From: a virus
IMG/VR virus record: IMGVR_UViG_3300032311_001250
Coordinates: 1-64,000 of that record
DNA length: 64,000 bases
Direction: 5' to 3' (one strand)
How positions within the stretch are numbered: position 1 is the stretch's first letter; the number at the start of each line of letters is the position of its first letter. Made by a program: the position numbers and the translations under genes. Of the stretch, positions 28,309 through 38,028 are shown in pieces. The notes beneath the pieces were generated by a model that was given only the letters and a program-made list of their open reading frames with translations, was not told the origin of the DNA and did not search any database.

Positions 28309-31300
28309 ATGGCAACAAAGCGCATTTACGTCACCAAAGATGCAAGCGTAGCTCTCCGCGATGGGACTGACTCTCTTGGCCAGGGGGCTGGAGACAACCT
28401 TGTTGTTGGGTATGGAACATGGCTCTATCGTAGCTTACTGTATTTCCCTGTTGACTTTACCGACATGACGGCGATTAGCTCCGCCACAATTACGTTGTTT
28501 GCCTATAGCCGGTCTGGGCAGACCAATGCTAACTGGGAATACGGCTCCGGTATGAGGATTAAGCGCCTGACCTCATCTTGGTCCGAGGGGACCAAGGGGG
28601 CAGACGGTATTTGGTGGAACAATAACGCAGTTGCTTGGGCCAACCAACCAAGCGCAACAACGAGCAACCAGGTTACAGATACATCAACGGTTGGAAATTC
28701 TCGCCCATCGCATGGAAAGGCATACACCTTCACGATTACGGATATCGTAAAGCAGTGGGCGCCATCTACAACAGTAACAGGCGGTGGAGATCAGACTAAT
28801 CACGGCATTCGATTGGAGATGGTCAATGAGACCAGCACAAGCCCTGACAGCATCGAGTTCTGCTCCCGCGAGGATAACTCGATCAACGGCGGGACCTCCT
28901 ATGACGCATATATTGACATTACCTACACGGCGGCGGTCTCTGTTACAAATCCCATCAATGCTGCGTCAGCGCCAACTTCCTCTAAAATTGCAACCATCGT
29001 CAATCTTGATGATGCGAACAACTGGACTGGTGCAACAAAGCTGGCAAGGCCGCAGCTTTCCTGGACATTTACCCCGTCAACGTCAACTCCTGCGGCTCAA
29101 GATGAATGGCGCGTTCGGATCTACAGCGCCTCGAGCGCTGGCAATACCATCTTTGACTCTGGCTGGGTAACCGATGGCTCGCATGCTGCGGATACATCTG
29201 TTGACATCCCTCTGAATATTTCTTCTTCTGGCGCCCCACATATGCCTGGCGGTTTGACCGCTACCGTTAGCAACGTCACCTGGTCATCTAACACGGCGAC
29301 CTATACCACCTCAGCGGCACACGGTCTTGATACCGGGATGTACGTCAACGTTACTGGGCTTAATGAGTCGCAGTTGAACATCTCTAACGCTGAAATTACC
29401 GTCACTGGATCTACCACATTCACAGCGACAGCTAGCTACCCAGGAGCAATCACTGGGACAAGCGGAACGGTTTCAACAATCTGGGCATCCGGGTATAAAG
29501 GACTGGTTAATAACACAAACTATTGGTGGACCATTCAAACCCGAGATGTAAACGGCCTTGAGGCAAGCGAATCGAGCCGAACACAATTTAAAGTACTCTT
29601 TTCTAATCAGCAACTTCAGTACGCATACCCAGGCGGAACAGCCTCAACTTTTGTTCATAACATTGGGTCAACTCCGGCTGGAACTTCAGTTGAGCGCCTG
29701 TACGGAACAACAAACACGACCGGTGCGACTCCGTCAACGTGGTATTCCTCGCTTTCTGAGGCGCTGACAAATCGAGGCAGTAACGCATATATTGTCGTTG
29801 CGGTTCGCATGGGCGTGCTCAATAACAGCAATACAGCAATTTCTGACCCAACAGTCTCTGGCCTTTCACTGTCTTATGTGGCTGCTGTGGCCCGAACTCC
29901 AGACAAGTGGGCAACAAGTTCTGCAAATATTACTGCTGGGCTTTCTGACGAGATTCGTCGGTTTGGTACCCAAGCAGCCAAGATTACGGCAGTAACTGCC
30001 GCCACGCATTCAATTAAGGCCTATCGGGCTTCATCTGGCGACGGCGTCGGGGTTGTTCCGAATACAAACTACACGTTCTCTTTCTATGTGTATGCGGGCA
30101 GTGTCTCTGGAACGATTACTGGAAAGGTATACGCTGGAAGCACTCTTCTTGCTACATCTGATGTTCACACGGCTTTCGATACCGACAATGAGGGCTGGCG
30201 ACGCATGTACGTCAGTTTCCATTCCGGAGGAAATACGTCAGTTGAGCCATATATTTATATTGATGCCACTGCGACCAACACGTCGTTCTATGTCGATGGC
30301 TCCATGCTTGAAGAGGGAACTGTTATCCGCTCGTACACTCCTGGCCTCGTCAACTCCCCCGCGCTAGTTGAAGGCGGAGGCATCCAGGTTGATGCAAGCA
30401 AGGGTGGAACGTTCCGACTACGTGGATCTGCTGGTTTACCACGAGATGTAATTCAACTTGGTTCTAACGGCCTTGATTTTGGAACAACAAGCCCTGTTTC
30501 TATTTATCAAACTGCAGATGGCAGCAATTCTCTAACCGTTTCTGGCGCGCTTTCTGCTACTAGCACTGTGTCGGGCGCAACACTTTCTGCAACTGGGGCT
30601 GTTTCTGGCGCAACACTTTCTGCAACTGGGACATTGACACTTGGCTCCTCAATTATCCATCAAGCGACAGACAACGTTCAAGAGTTCATAATTGCTGAAG
30701 CAGTATCACTGGCTGGACGTACAGCAAGCTTAGCTACCATAACCACTACATATGATCATCAGCTTCTTTCTGGTCAGCTTGTTACCGTAGCCTTAACGTC
30801 TGGACCAACCGGATATGCCGCGCTTAATGGGTCTTGGACTATTGCGGTAACTGGTACAACAACGTTTACCTATACGACTGGCACGAGCGGCACGATCACC
30901 TCTGGCGCGGCAGTCGGGACCGTTACAACAGTTGCTGCTGGTGTACAGCCACATGGACTTTATATTCCGACTGCCAAAGCCGTTGTGTTTGAGGGAACAA
31001 CAGATAATGTGCTGGAAACGTTCCTTGTTGCTGCTGAAGCAACCACCACAGACAAAACTATTACGCTTCCAGATGCCACTGGAACAGTTCAATTAACTGG
31101 GCAAACAATCACTCTTGGAACTGACTTAACTGGTAGCGTAACCCTGGCAAATGGCGCAATGACACTCAACGCTTCAGTTACCGACAATAGTCATAACCAC
31201 ACAAGTTCTACTATTTCTGGACTTGTACTTGGAACTGACGTTAGCGGAACGTATGTAGCCGGAATTACTGCCGGCACCGGAGTCTCTATTTCCGGAACTG

Positions 31301-31866
31301 CTGGTGCTGGATGGTCTCCAATTGTCTCTATTGGTCAGGCAGTCGCAACGACATCAAACGTCACGTTTGCCAACCTGTCAGCAACCGGAACAGTAACATT
31401 TACTACCCCAGGCACTGTGACGCTCGGAACGGTGGTGGGTGATAACGTCCGAATTACAAACTTGTATCAGACAACAACCATTACTAACTCATTTAACCCA
31501 CGCATGTATAACGGTTCTGGCGCATTCCCTTGGCGCTTCTTCTACGATACGTCGTCCGAGCGATTCAAAACCAACATTGTCTATATGGAAGACACCGACG
31601 CCATTCTTGACGTGAACCCGGTCTCCTACCACGACAAAGCCGACTACGAAGCAAACGGCGAGGAATCACCGCGACAATATGGTTTCCTTGCGGAGGATAT
31701 GGCCTCAAATCCAGAAGGTATTTCGTTCGTGGTGCATAACGGAGCGGATGCTGAAACAATTCAATATGAACGCCTTGTTGTGCCGTTGTTCTCGGCTATG
31801 CGCAAGCTTCGCTCGCGGATTGACGAGCTTGAAGCCAGGCTCGCAGAACTCGAAACCGGTGCCTAG
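28309..31866 (+). CDS. Tail fibre/spike with DNRLRE-like N-terminus, CBM-like domain and C-terminal peptidase S74 chaperone
   Basis: RSLLYF...ISSATITL...SSWSEG...ITDIVKQW...NHGIRL; SSERFKTNI...PVSY...YGFLAED...IQYERLVVPL followed by a coiled coil. Confidence 0.85.
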   Translation: MATKRIYVTKDASVALRDGTDSLGQGAGDNLVVGYGTWLYRSLLYFPVDFTDMTAISSATITLFAYSRSGQTNANWEYGSGMRIKRLTSSWSEGTKGADGIWWNNNAVAWANQPSATTSNQVTDTSTVGNSRPSHGKAYTFTITDIVKQWAPSTTVTGGGDQTNHGIRLEMVNETSTSPDSIEFCSREDNSINGGTSYDAYIDITYTAAVSVTNPINAASAPTSSKIATIVNLDDANNWTGATKLARPQLSWTFTPSTSTPAAQDEWRVRIYSASSAGNTIFDSGWVTDGSHAADTSVDIPLNISSSGAPHMPGGLTATVSNVTWSSNTATYTTSAAHGLDTGMYVNVTGLNESQLNISNAEITVTGSTTFTATASYPGAITGTSGTVSTIWASGYKGLVNNTNYWWTIQTRDVNGLEASESSRTQFKVLFSNQQLQYAYPGGTASTFVHNIGSTPAGTSVERLYGTTNTTGATPSTWYSSLSEALTNRGSNAYIVVAVRMGVLNNSNTAISDPTVSGLSLSYVAAVARTPDKWATSSANITAGLSDEIRRFGTQAAKITAVTAATHSIKAYRASSGDGVGVVPNTNYTFSFYVYAGSVSGTITGKVYAGSTLLATSDVHTAFDTDNEGWRRMYVSFHSGGNTSVEPYIYIDATATNTSFYVDGSMLEEGTVIRSYTPGLVNSPALVEGGGIQVDASKGGTFRLRGSAGLPRDVIQLGSNGLDFGTTSPVSIYQTADGSNSLTVSGALSATSTVSGATLSATGAVSGATLSATGTLTLGSSIIHQATDNVQEFIIAEAVSLAGRTASLATITTTYDHQLLSGQLVTVALTSGPTGYAALNGSWTIAVTGTTTFTYTTGTSGTITSGAAVGTVTTVAAGVQPHGLYIPTAKAVVFEGTTDNVLETFLVAAEATTTDKTITLPDATGTVQLTGQTITLGTDLTGSVTLANGAMTLNASVTDNSHNHTSSTISGLVLGTDVSGTYVAGITAGTGVSISGTAGAGWSPIVSIGQAVATTSNVTFANLSATGTVTFTTPGTVTLGTVVGDNVRITNLYQTTTITNSFNPRMYNGSGAFPWRFFYDTSSERFKTNIVYMEDTDAILDVNPVSYHDKADYEANGEESPRQYGFLAEDMASNPEGISFVVHNGADAETIQYERLVVPLFSAMRKLRSRIDELEARLAELETGA

Positions 31867-31923
31867 ATCGAATGTTTACCGTATCCTTTCATTGCCGTAA
31901 AGGCATAACAAAGGGGGTATTCC

Positions 31924-32667
31924 ATGCGATACAAGGTAAAGTCCCAGCTCTATTCTGACGCTGAGGCAATTAAACAGGGAATCTTGGACGATTGTGGCCC
32001 GTCCTCTATGGCCGCAGCCGTGTCATGGGTGTTTCAGTACACCCCAGGTCACGATTTCAGCGCTTCCGACGGGGTTGCCGCTAAGGCAAAGGCAACCGGA
32101 AAGGTTGAGAAGCAGGGTGTTTCCGATAACGGTTCGTCACTTGGTGACCTTATCAAGACTGCCCGAGTTCTTGGGGCCGAAGCTCGGTTTGCCAAGAGCT
32201 GGGAGGATGTTGTGGCTTCTGCAAAAGCCGGATCGGCACTTGGCGTCTGGGTTCAGCAGCCAGTGGGTTTCCCGCCTGAGGTAGAGATCAGCGCTTGGCA
32301 TCGAAAGTGGGCCAAGTGGTGGGGCAAGGGTGGCGGCGGCTACAAGAAGGACCCAAAGCACCTTGGTGAGGGGTACGGCCACATGACCTCTGCAGCTTGG
32401 TGTGAGGATCATGGATGGCAGTGGGCATGCCCAACCCGAGAGGGCAAGGGAGCTGAGGAGTTTGGTGTTCAGGTAACTGAGGCCCAGCTTAAGGCCATTG
32501 CCGACAGCAAGCGTGTAAGTGGTTCTCACAAGGCGCCACCGCATGCGCATGTTATTATTATCTCAGCGCCAAAAGGCTGGGTTGCGCCTAAGCCTGCGGC
32601 AGCGCCGGTAGCCCCTGTGGCTCCTGCACCCGCTAAGCCGGCCAAGTGCCCAACTTGCGGTAAGTAA
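31924..32667 (+). CDS. Putative endolysin, papain-like (C39-like) peptidase
   Basis: SQL...DCGPSS (Gln/Cys) and YGHM (His); lies between the tail genes and a holin-like gene. Confidence 0.65.
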   Translation: MRYKVKSQLYSDAEAIKQGILDDCGPSSMAAAVSWVFQYTPGHDFSASDGVAAKAKATGKVEKQGVSDNGSSLGDLIKTARVLGAEARFAKSWEDVVASAKAGSALGVWVQQPVGFPPEVEISAWHRKWAKWWGKGGGGYKKDPKHLGEGYGHMTSAAWCEDHGWQWACPTREGKGAEEFGVQVTEAQLKAIADSKRVSGSHKAPPHAHVIIISAPKGWVAPKPAAAPVAPVAPAPAKPAKCPTCGK

Positions 32668-32681
32668 TAGAAGGAGAAAAC

Positions 32682-33095
32682 ATGAGCGCCATTAAGAACG
32701 CGGTTCTTTGGATCATGGCTAACACGGGTATCGATGAGATGCTCTTGGAGGCCGCACGCGCCTTTATCGCAACGTCAATCGCCGTTGCGCTCGGTCTCGG
32801 CATCCCGCTGCTTGATATTTCAGGCAACGACTTCCGAACCGTGATCTCCGCCGGACTGGCCGCCTGCTTGCAGGTAGTCGTCCGCGCCCTGAACCCTGAG
32901 GATGCCAAGTTCGGCGTCGGCAAGGCGAAGGTCGCTAAGGCTGAGGAGAAGGCAGCTGCCGAGAGCACGGCTCACATTACCGGCAGCGCAATCGACACGG
33001 ATGGAGACGGAATTGCAGATGAGCTCGCTGGCAGCCTTGCCAACGAGGGTCATGCTGAGTTCCAGGATCTTGAGGACGACGGCCACAAGGGCTGA
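32682..33095 (+). CDS. Putative holin
   Basis: Two hydrophobic helices, VRALNPEDAKFG motif, acidic tail; follows the endolysin candidate. Confidence 0.7.
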   Translation: MSAIKNAVLWIMANTGIDEMLLEAARAFIATSIAVALGLGIPLLDISGNDFRTVISAGLAACLQVVVRALNPEDAKFGVGKAKVAKAEEKAAAESTAHITGSAIDTDGDGIADELAGSLANEGHAEFQDLEDDGHKG

Positions 33096-33112
33096 TCGTA
33101 ATCGGGTACAAT

Positions 33113-33152
33113 AAAAAAGAGGAGGGGTCCCGCGAGGCCCCTCCTCTTTTTT
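33113..33152. terminator. Bidirectional intrinsic terminator
   Basis: AAAAAAGAGGAGGGGTC-loop-GGCCCCTCCTCTTTTTT between convergent operons. Confidence 0.9.
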
Positions 33153-33167
33153 ATGCCCTGCGGGCGA

Positions 33168-33344
33168 TTAGTCGTCTTCGCGCCAGCGAAGTGGTCCGGT
33201 AATAAGCCAGGCCCCAGTAAGAGCAAGCAGGATCGAGCCCACCACGTCGCGGGTCTCACCCTCCGGAAGTACAGCCCAGGCGATGGCCAAACCAAAGATT
33301 GTCCATCCACCTGCAATAATGTCGTTTACAGCGTTTTTAATCAT
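33168..33344 (-). CDS. 58-aa two-TM membrane protein (not in the ORF track)
   Basis: [58 protein letters not shown]; ATGA overlap with the upstream gene. Confidence 0.7.
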   Translation of the reverse strand: MIKNAVNDIIAGGWTIFGLAIAWAVLPEGETRDVVGSILLALTGAWLITGPLRWREDD

Positions 33345-34825
33345 TTACGGATTCTCCTTGGCTTATCTCCACCGCCAGACGACGTTGGGCCGCCCCCACC
33401 GGTCGTTCGAGCAGTGCTTGCCGCGCTTGCAGCAGCTGCTGCAGCTTGGGCTACTTGTGTCACCACAACGGCTGCAACCACGACTGGAGCAGCTTTTTCC
33501 TTTTCCTCCGGCGAGAGGTCCTTGCCGAGATTGGTAATTGCAGTGACGGCTTTACCAACGTTTTCTACACTATCACCGAGTGTTTCGGCAATAGCTGCGG
33601 CAGCTTCTCCAATAGCCTCTGTCACAGCTCCCACAGCAGCGCCCGGATCAATTGGTCCAGGTGTGTCAGTAGGTACAGGGTTGGGATCAACAGAAGGGGT
33701 CGGAGATTCCGTAGGGGTGGCCGTTGGCTCGGGCGTCGGATCGGGTGTGGCAGACGGGGTCGGTTCATGTGTTACCTCCGGGCTAGGGCTGGGACGGGGC
33801 GTCGGAGACGGCGTCACAGAAGGCTCTGGCGTGGGGCTAGGAGCCACGCTAGGGCTTGGCGTTGGTGGTTCTGGTGTCGGAGTAGGGGTGGGGCTTGGCG
33901 TGGGCTCTGGGGTTGGCGTTGGAGTTGGCTCAGGTGTAGGGCTTGGGGTTGGCGGTGGCGGTGCTGGAACAAACACGGAAACGGCTACTGAGGCTGGTGA
34001 GTAAACGCTTAGGGTGTCATTGTCAGCCCTGACCCAGAACGTATACGTCTGATCTAGGCCGCCAGTAATAATAAAAACGTCGTTGTTAATGCCCATGTTG
34101 GTTTCGCCGGAAGCAGCGCCCCAGCCCACGAGATCCCCAGTGGTCCAGAACACCCCGTACCGCTCAATGTCGGTTCCGCTTGCCTCTGGGGCATTCCACG
34201 TGAGGTAGACGTTCCCATTGCTATAAACAGTAACCATTAAACCGGTTGGCGCGTTTAGGTATGGGTCAGGCACGGGCGTTGGGGTTGGCTCAGGAGTTGG
34301 CGTAGGCGTTGGCTCAGGAGTTGGTGTGGGAGTAGGCGTCGGAGTAGGCGGTGGCGTTGGTGTCCACGTAGCTGATGGCGTTCCTGGGGCAAGCTCGGCC
34401 GCAAAGTTGCTGATCAAATAGTAGTGATTGCCACCAAAGCGGTCAGCCGTTGGGTCACCGCAGCAGACGCCAGCTCGGACTCGATAATCGCCAGCGGGCA
34501 GGGAAATGCGAATCGTTGAAGCAAGTGAGTATCCGCCAGTGTGCTCCGTAAAGGAGTCGTCGTTGGCGGCAAGAAGCAACCCATTGCCATCATAGAGCCA
34601 AAGCATGGAGTCGACCGTTCCAGGGCACCAAGGAGATGTGGTGTTATCGCACAGGTCCGTCCAAAGGTGAAGTTCGCCCTGCTCCGGCAGATTAATCCAG
34701 AAATCCTGTGTGCGATTAACGTAATTGTTTTGGCTTCCAGAAACCGGTCCGGCAACAACACCATATACAAGCGTTGCAAAAATAAGCCAAAGGGTTGCGG
34801 CAATAGTGGCAAGCTTAGTACTCAT
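33341..34825 (-). CDS. Exported surface protein: signal peptide, PPC-like domain, Pro/Thr linkers, FN3, C-terminal anchor
   Basis: Hydrophobic N-terminus; DSMLWLYD...LLAANDDS...LPAGDYRV; APTGL...LTWNAP...YTFWVRA; (PT)n repeats; hydrophobic segment followed by basic residues at the C-terminus. Confidence 0.8.
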   Translation of the reverse strand: MSTKLATIAATLWLIFATLVYGVVAGPVSGSQNNYVNRTQDFWINLPEQGELHLWTDLCDNTTSPWCPGTVDSMLWLYDGNGLLLAANDDSFTEHTGGYSLASTIRISLPAGDYRVRAGVCCGDPTADRFGGNHYYLISNFAAELAPGTPSATWTPTPPPTPTPTPTPTPEPTPTPTPEPTPTPVPDPYLNAPTGLMVTVYSNGNVYLTWNAPEASGTDIERYGVFWTTGDLVGWGAASGETNMGINNDVFIITGGLDQTYTFWVRADNDTLSVYSPASVAVSVFVPAPPPPTPSPTPEPTPTPTPEPTPSPTPTPTPEPPTPSPSVAPSPTPEPSVTPSPTPRPSPSPEVTHEPTPSATPDPTPEPTATPTESPTPSVDPNPVPTDTPGPIDPGAAVGAVTEAIGEAAAAIAETLGDSVENVGKAVTAITNLGKDLSPEEKEKAAPVVVAAVVVTQVAQAAAAAASAASTARTTGGGGPTSSGGGDKPRRIRK

Positions 34826-35007
34826 TTGCCCTGCCCTGCCATCCAGGCGACAAAACTACTGATGCCTGTAAGGCCAAGAATGCCAATAATGAATTTTGCA
34901 AGTCGGTAGGCACCACGAGTCTCTGCCATCTCAACACGCATGGCAGCAATTTCTCCCTCGATCTTGTCGAGGCGTTCAAGGATTTTGTCGACCTGGCTGG
35001 ACGTCAC
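34822..35007 (-). CDS. Small coiled-coil plus TM protein
   Basis: ILERLDKIE coil followed by a C-terminal TM helix; overlaps the start of the next gene. Confidence 0.65.
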   Translation of the reverse strand: MTSSQVDKILERLDKIEGEIAAMRVEMAETRGAYRLAKFIIGILGLTGISSFVAWMAGQGK

Positions 35008-35084
35008 ATCGGCACCCCATCATGCTATGCGCAAGTAAAATTGACAGGTGCAATATATGTGATGAAAGCTTAACGTTCAATAAA

Positions 35085-35116
35085 TAAAAAGTCTGCCGGC
35101 AAAAACCGACAGACTC
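35085..35116 (-). terminator. Intrinsic terminator for the second fibre cassette
   Basis: On the - strand: AGTCTGTCGG-loop-CCGGCAGACT followed by TTTTATTT. Confidence 0.7.
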
Positions 35117-35139
35117 TTTAATACAAAACGATGAACTAA

Positions 35140-35316
35140 TTAATCGCTGATGCTTTTGAAGCTTACCGTTGTTGCTGGATAAACGTGCGCTTCCGGCTTT
35201 GTAAGCTCTGCAACTTGCTTTTGCAGCTGCTCAATCTGCGCGCGCAAGATATCGTTTTCAAGCGTAAGCGCGCCAATCTTGTAGATAAGCTGCTCAGTTG
35301 TTACTCGCTGTTCCAT
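35140..35316 (-). CDS. 58-aa coiled-coil protein (not in the ORF track)
   Basis: MEQRVTTEQLIYKIGALTLENDILRAQIEQLQKQVAEL...; AAGGAG RBS. Confidence 0.7.
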   Translation of the reverse strand: MEQRVTTEQLIYKIGALTLENDILRAQIEQLQKQVAELTKPEAHVYPATTVSFKSISD

Positions 35317-35318
35317 AA

Positions 35319-35483
35319 TTACTCCTTTGGCCTTGCTGTGACGTCTTCAATGACGTTCTGACACTGCCCGCAGTGTACCACAAAATCAATACCATCCTCT
35401 CGCTCGTATACGTTTGGAATGCCGCTTGCTGCGCACCCGTTCGTTTGGCAAATTGCAGTAATAATAAAAACAGTTTCGCTCAT
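35319..35483 (-). CDS. 54-aa Cys4 protein after the fibre gene (not in the ORF track)
   Basis: MSETVFIITAICQTNGC...VHCGQCQNVIEDV...; AGGAG RBS. Confidence 0.65.
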   Translation of the reverse strand: MSETVFIITAICQTNGCAASGIPNVYEREDGIDFVVHCGQCQNVIEDVTARPKE

Positions 35484-35492
35484 GGCTTCTCC

Positions 35493-36425
35493 TTATGTTA
35501 GCGGTACGGCGTTCAAACGGCCGTAATATGTGCTCACGGTAACGTTTGTAGTCGTTTGGGTGCGAACGCCCACCTTGCACACAACGGCGCTTGTGCCAAC
35601 AGATGTATAGACATCCATTCCGCTGACACTAGTTGAGTAGTTAATTCCGCTTTCAATGTTTACTGTTCGGACGTAAAAAAGGTTTGCGCCGTCAACGAAT
35701 ACTTGATAGATCATATATTGGTCAGTGTTTGTATTTGTTACGCATGCGGCGTTATAAGTGATTAGCCAGCGCTGGCCAACATAGTTTGGCGTAAAGGTTA
35801 CTGTGTGCCCGGAAATATCAGAGTACCCCGTGCCAACCCCCGTGGTATCAACTACGCTTCCGCCGTTGCTATAGCGTTGAGCCGTCATGCCGCTTTTAAT
35901 ATAACCCGGGACGGTAAGGTCTCCGTCGTTATCAAGAGTGAAAAGATTTGTTGTGTAGGCGTTGTTGATAATCTCAATTGCCCCAGAGGAGTTGAGCCTA
36001 AAGAACTTCTTTGGATTCGTTGCAGATCCATAAGTATTCTTAACATCAAGGAATCCGTGATAGCCAACACCGCCGCGCTGGTTATACCCAACGGCGTTAA
36101 TGCTCGCGGTATCGGTGGCTGTGGTGGTGTCTCCGCCTGTGGCAGTAACCTGACTAAAAGATGGCGTGCTTGAAGTAGCGATAGACTGAGGCAAACTTAG
36201 TGTCACTGCGCCGGTGCTAGCGCTGGCTGTTACCTGATCTGTAGTTCCCGTGATTGATGCTACGCCTTGATGCGCATGGTCCGACGCAGAGGCGGTTGCT
36301 GCTGATCCGGACGTCGCCGTTGAAGAAACTGCAGCTGGGGTTGAGCCGCCAATAGACGCGTTGGTTCCGGTTCCAGTTGCCGGAACCCATGCAGAGCCAT
36401 TCCAAACGTTTACTTGCTTACCCAT
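35493..36425 (-). CDS. Fibre-like virion protein
   Basis: VWNGSAWV, ASASDHAH and TGAVTLSLPQSIATSSTPSF fibre motifs; beta-sandwich C-terminus. Confidence 0.7.
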   Translation of the reverse strand: MGKQVNVWNGSAWVPATGTGTNASIGGSTPAAVSSTATSGSAATASASDHAHQGVASITGTTDQVTASASTGAVTLSLPQSIATSSTPSFSQVTATGGDTTTATDTASINAVGYNQRGGVGYHGFLDVKNTYGSATNPKKFFRLNSSGAIEIINNAYTTNLFTLDNDGDLTVPGYIKSGMTAQRYSNGGSVVDTTGVGTGYSDISGHTVTFTPNYVGQRWLITYNAACVTNTNTDQYMIYQVFVDGANLFYVRTVNIESGINYSTSVSGMDVYTSVGTSAVVCKVGVRTQTTTNVTVSTYYGRLNAVPLT

Positions 36426-36426
36426 G

Positions 36427-38019
36427 CTACCTCCCTACAACCATCCAGGAAAACTGCGTGGCCGTAGTGTTTGAGCGAAGAATATAAATACTAAATCCAG
36501 TCAACGTAGTTCCTGAAAACGTTGGATCTTCGTAGGCCCACCAACTAATGTTGGAGCTTTTTGCTTCTGGGGTAACCAGAATGGAAAAGTCAGCAATTGT
36601 TGCCGTTGTCGCTTGCGAAGATTGCACGGAGAGACCCGTAACTGCGTACGAGGTGACAGTGTTTGCTACGGGAGTAATGCTTACTCGTCCAGAAGCGATA
36701 TTTGAAGAAGTAAGCATTCCGCGACTGCTAACTGACGCAAGAACTGTTCCCGAGCTGTTCTGCCAATCTTGCAGGTTAGCCGTTTGACTTGCCGCCGCCT
36801 TGACAATCAATCCTTTATTGGACGCAGAATTAACAGTGACCTGTTGCGGCGCCACGGTGAACGTATTGGCTGCAGCTTTTAGCGCTGCTGCATCGTATGC
36901 TGTCTTAACGCTATTTGCCGTTGCGGCAGCAGTTGTGCTGCTTGAAGAAACTGAGTCGACAAGCGCAACGTCAGGAGTTGTTGTGGAGCTATCAATCCAT
37001 ACATCACCCGAATTTGGCGAGGTCGGTGCCGTTCCGGCATACGTCACTTTTGCTTTTCCGGTAACAGCGCTTGGGACTGCTCCGGACAGTTTTGAAGCGT
37101 CGAGCGTGCTGGCGGTGGTAACAACATCAACACCCTCTACCGCAAGGGTTCCTGCTGCTGATCGAGAGAGGGTAGTATCGCTGGCATGACCAAGCTGAAT
37201 CGTACCAACACCAATTACAGCAGATGTTGATACCACAAACACGCCGAGGTTGTCAGATTTTAGCGGTACGGTTGCGGTGTCAATGGCAATGATAGGAGTT
37301 GAGGCATTACCAGTCCCGCCAGTTACCGTAACCCCTGTCCCTCCAGATACGGTTGCTGCGAAGTTTCCGCTGGTGATGTTTGCTGTTGAGTGGGAGTGGC
37401 CAGAAAGACTTACTGCTGTGCCACCCTGTGAGAGTGTTCCAGATGTTACGTTAAGACCGGTTGTAGCAACAGTTGCTCTCTCTGTTCCTCCAATATCAAA
37501 TGACAACGTGTCGTCAGAGGTAATGTAGTTTTTTCCTGCTTGCCCAACAAGTTCTAGCTCAGCAAATCCCGCCCCGCCAGCACTAACTCCAACTGTTACG
37601 CTCGCTGGACCAACTACTTCAAGTTGATGGGATGGTGCGTTGGTTCCAATACCAAACTTACCAGCGGGAGTAATACGCGCTCGTTCTGCACCACCTGTGC
37701 CAAACACAAGAGCACCGTTGGTCTCTGCGTTCCACAAATATCCGACATCGGTATCTGCCATAAGCAGGTACATACCGTCTTCGGCTCCAGACCCAGATGT
37801 GGTGTTCAAAAGTTGAACTTTGGAATTTGCCTTATTAATTTGGAGGTTATTTGTAAACGATCCAGTAGCCCCAGTCGCCGCAAGGTCTACCCAGGCGCCG
37901 TTGATGCGCGCATACACCTTGTTGTCGGTGGTGTCGTAATAAGCGTCACCGTTTACTGGCGACGACGGGGCCGTTGCCAGTGTTGGAAGGGTAATAGTAT
38001 TGCCTACAAACTTTGTCAT
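36427..38019 (-). CDS. Fibre-like virion protein
   Basis: APSSPVNGDAYYD, ERARITPAGKFGIGTNAP, GTAPTSPNSGDVWID, AATANSVKTAYD. Confidence 0.75.
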   Translation of the reverse strand: MTKFVGNTITLPTLATAPSSPVNGDAYYDTTDNKVYARINGAWVDLAATGATGSFTNNLQINKANSKVQLLNTTSGSGAEDGMYLLMADTDVGYLWNAETNGALVFGTGGAERARITPAGKFGIGTNAPSHQLEVVGPASVTVGVSAGGAGFAELELVGQAGKNYITSDDTLSFDIGGTERATVATTGLNVTSGTLSQGGTAVSLSGHSHSTANITSGNFAATVSGGTGVTVTGGTGNASTPIIAIDTATVPLKSDNLGVFVVSTSAVIGVGTIQLGHASDTTLSRSAAGTLAVEGVDVVTTASTLDASKLSGAVPSAVTGKAKVTYAGTAPTSPNSGDVWIDSSTTTPDVALVDSVSSSSTTAAATANSVKTAYDAAALKAAANTFTVAPQQVTVNSASNKGLIVKAAASQTANLQDWQNSSGTVLASVSSRGMLTSSNIASGRVSITPVANTVTSYAVTGLSVQSSQATTATIADFSILVTPEAKSSNISWWAYEDPTFSGTTLTGFSIYILRSNTTATQFSWMVVGR

Positions 38020-38028
38020 AGGCGTATC

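Noticed and set aside
33153-34004. 283-aa + strand Gly/Val-rich ORF
   Set aside because: It is the antisense shadow of the Pro/Thr repeats in the real - strand surface protein.
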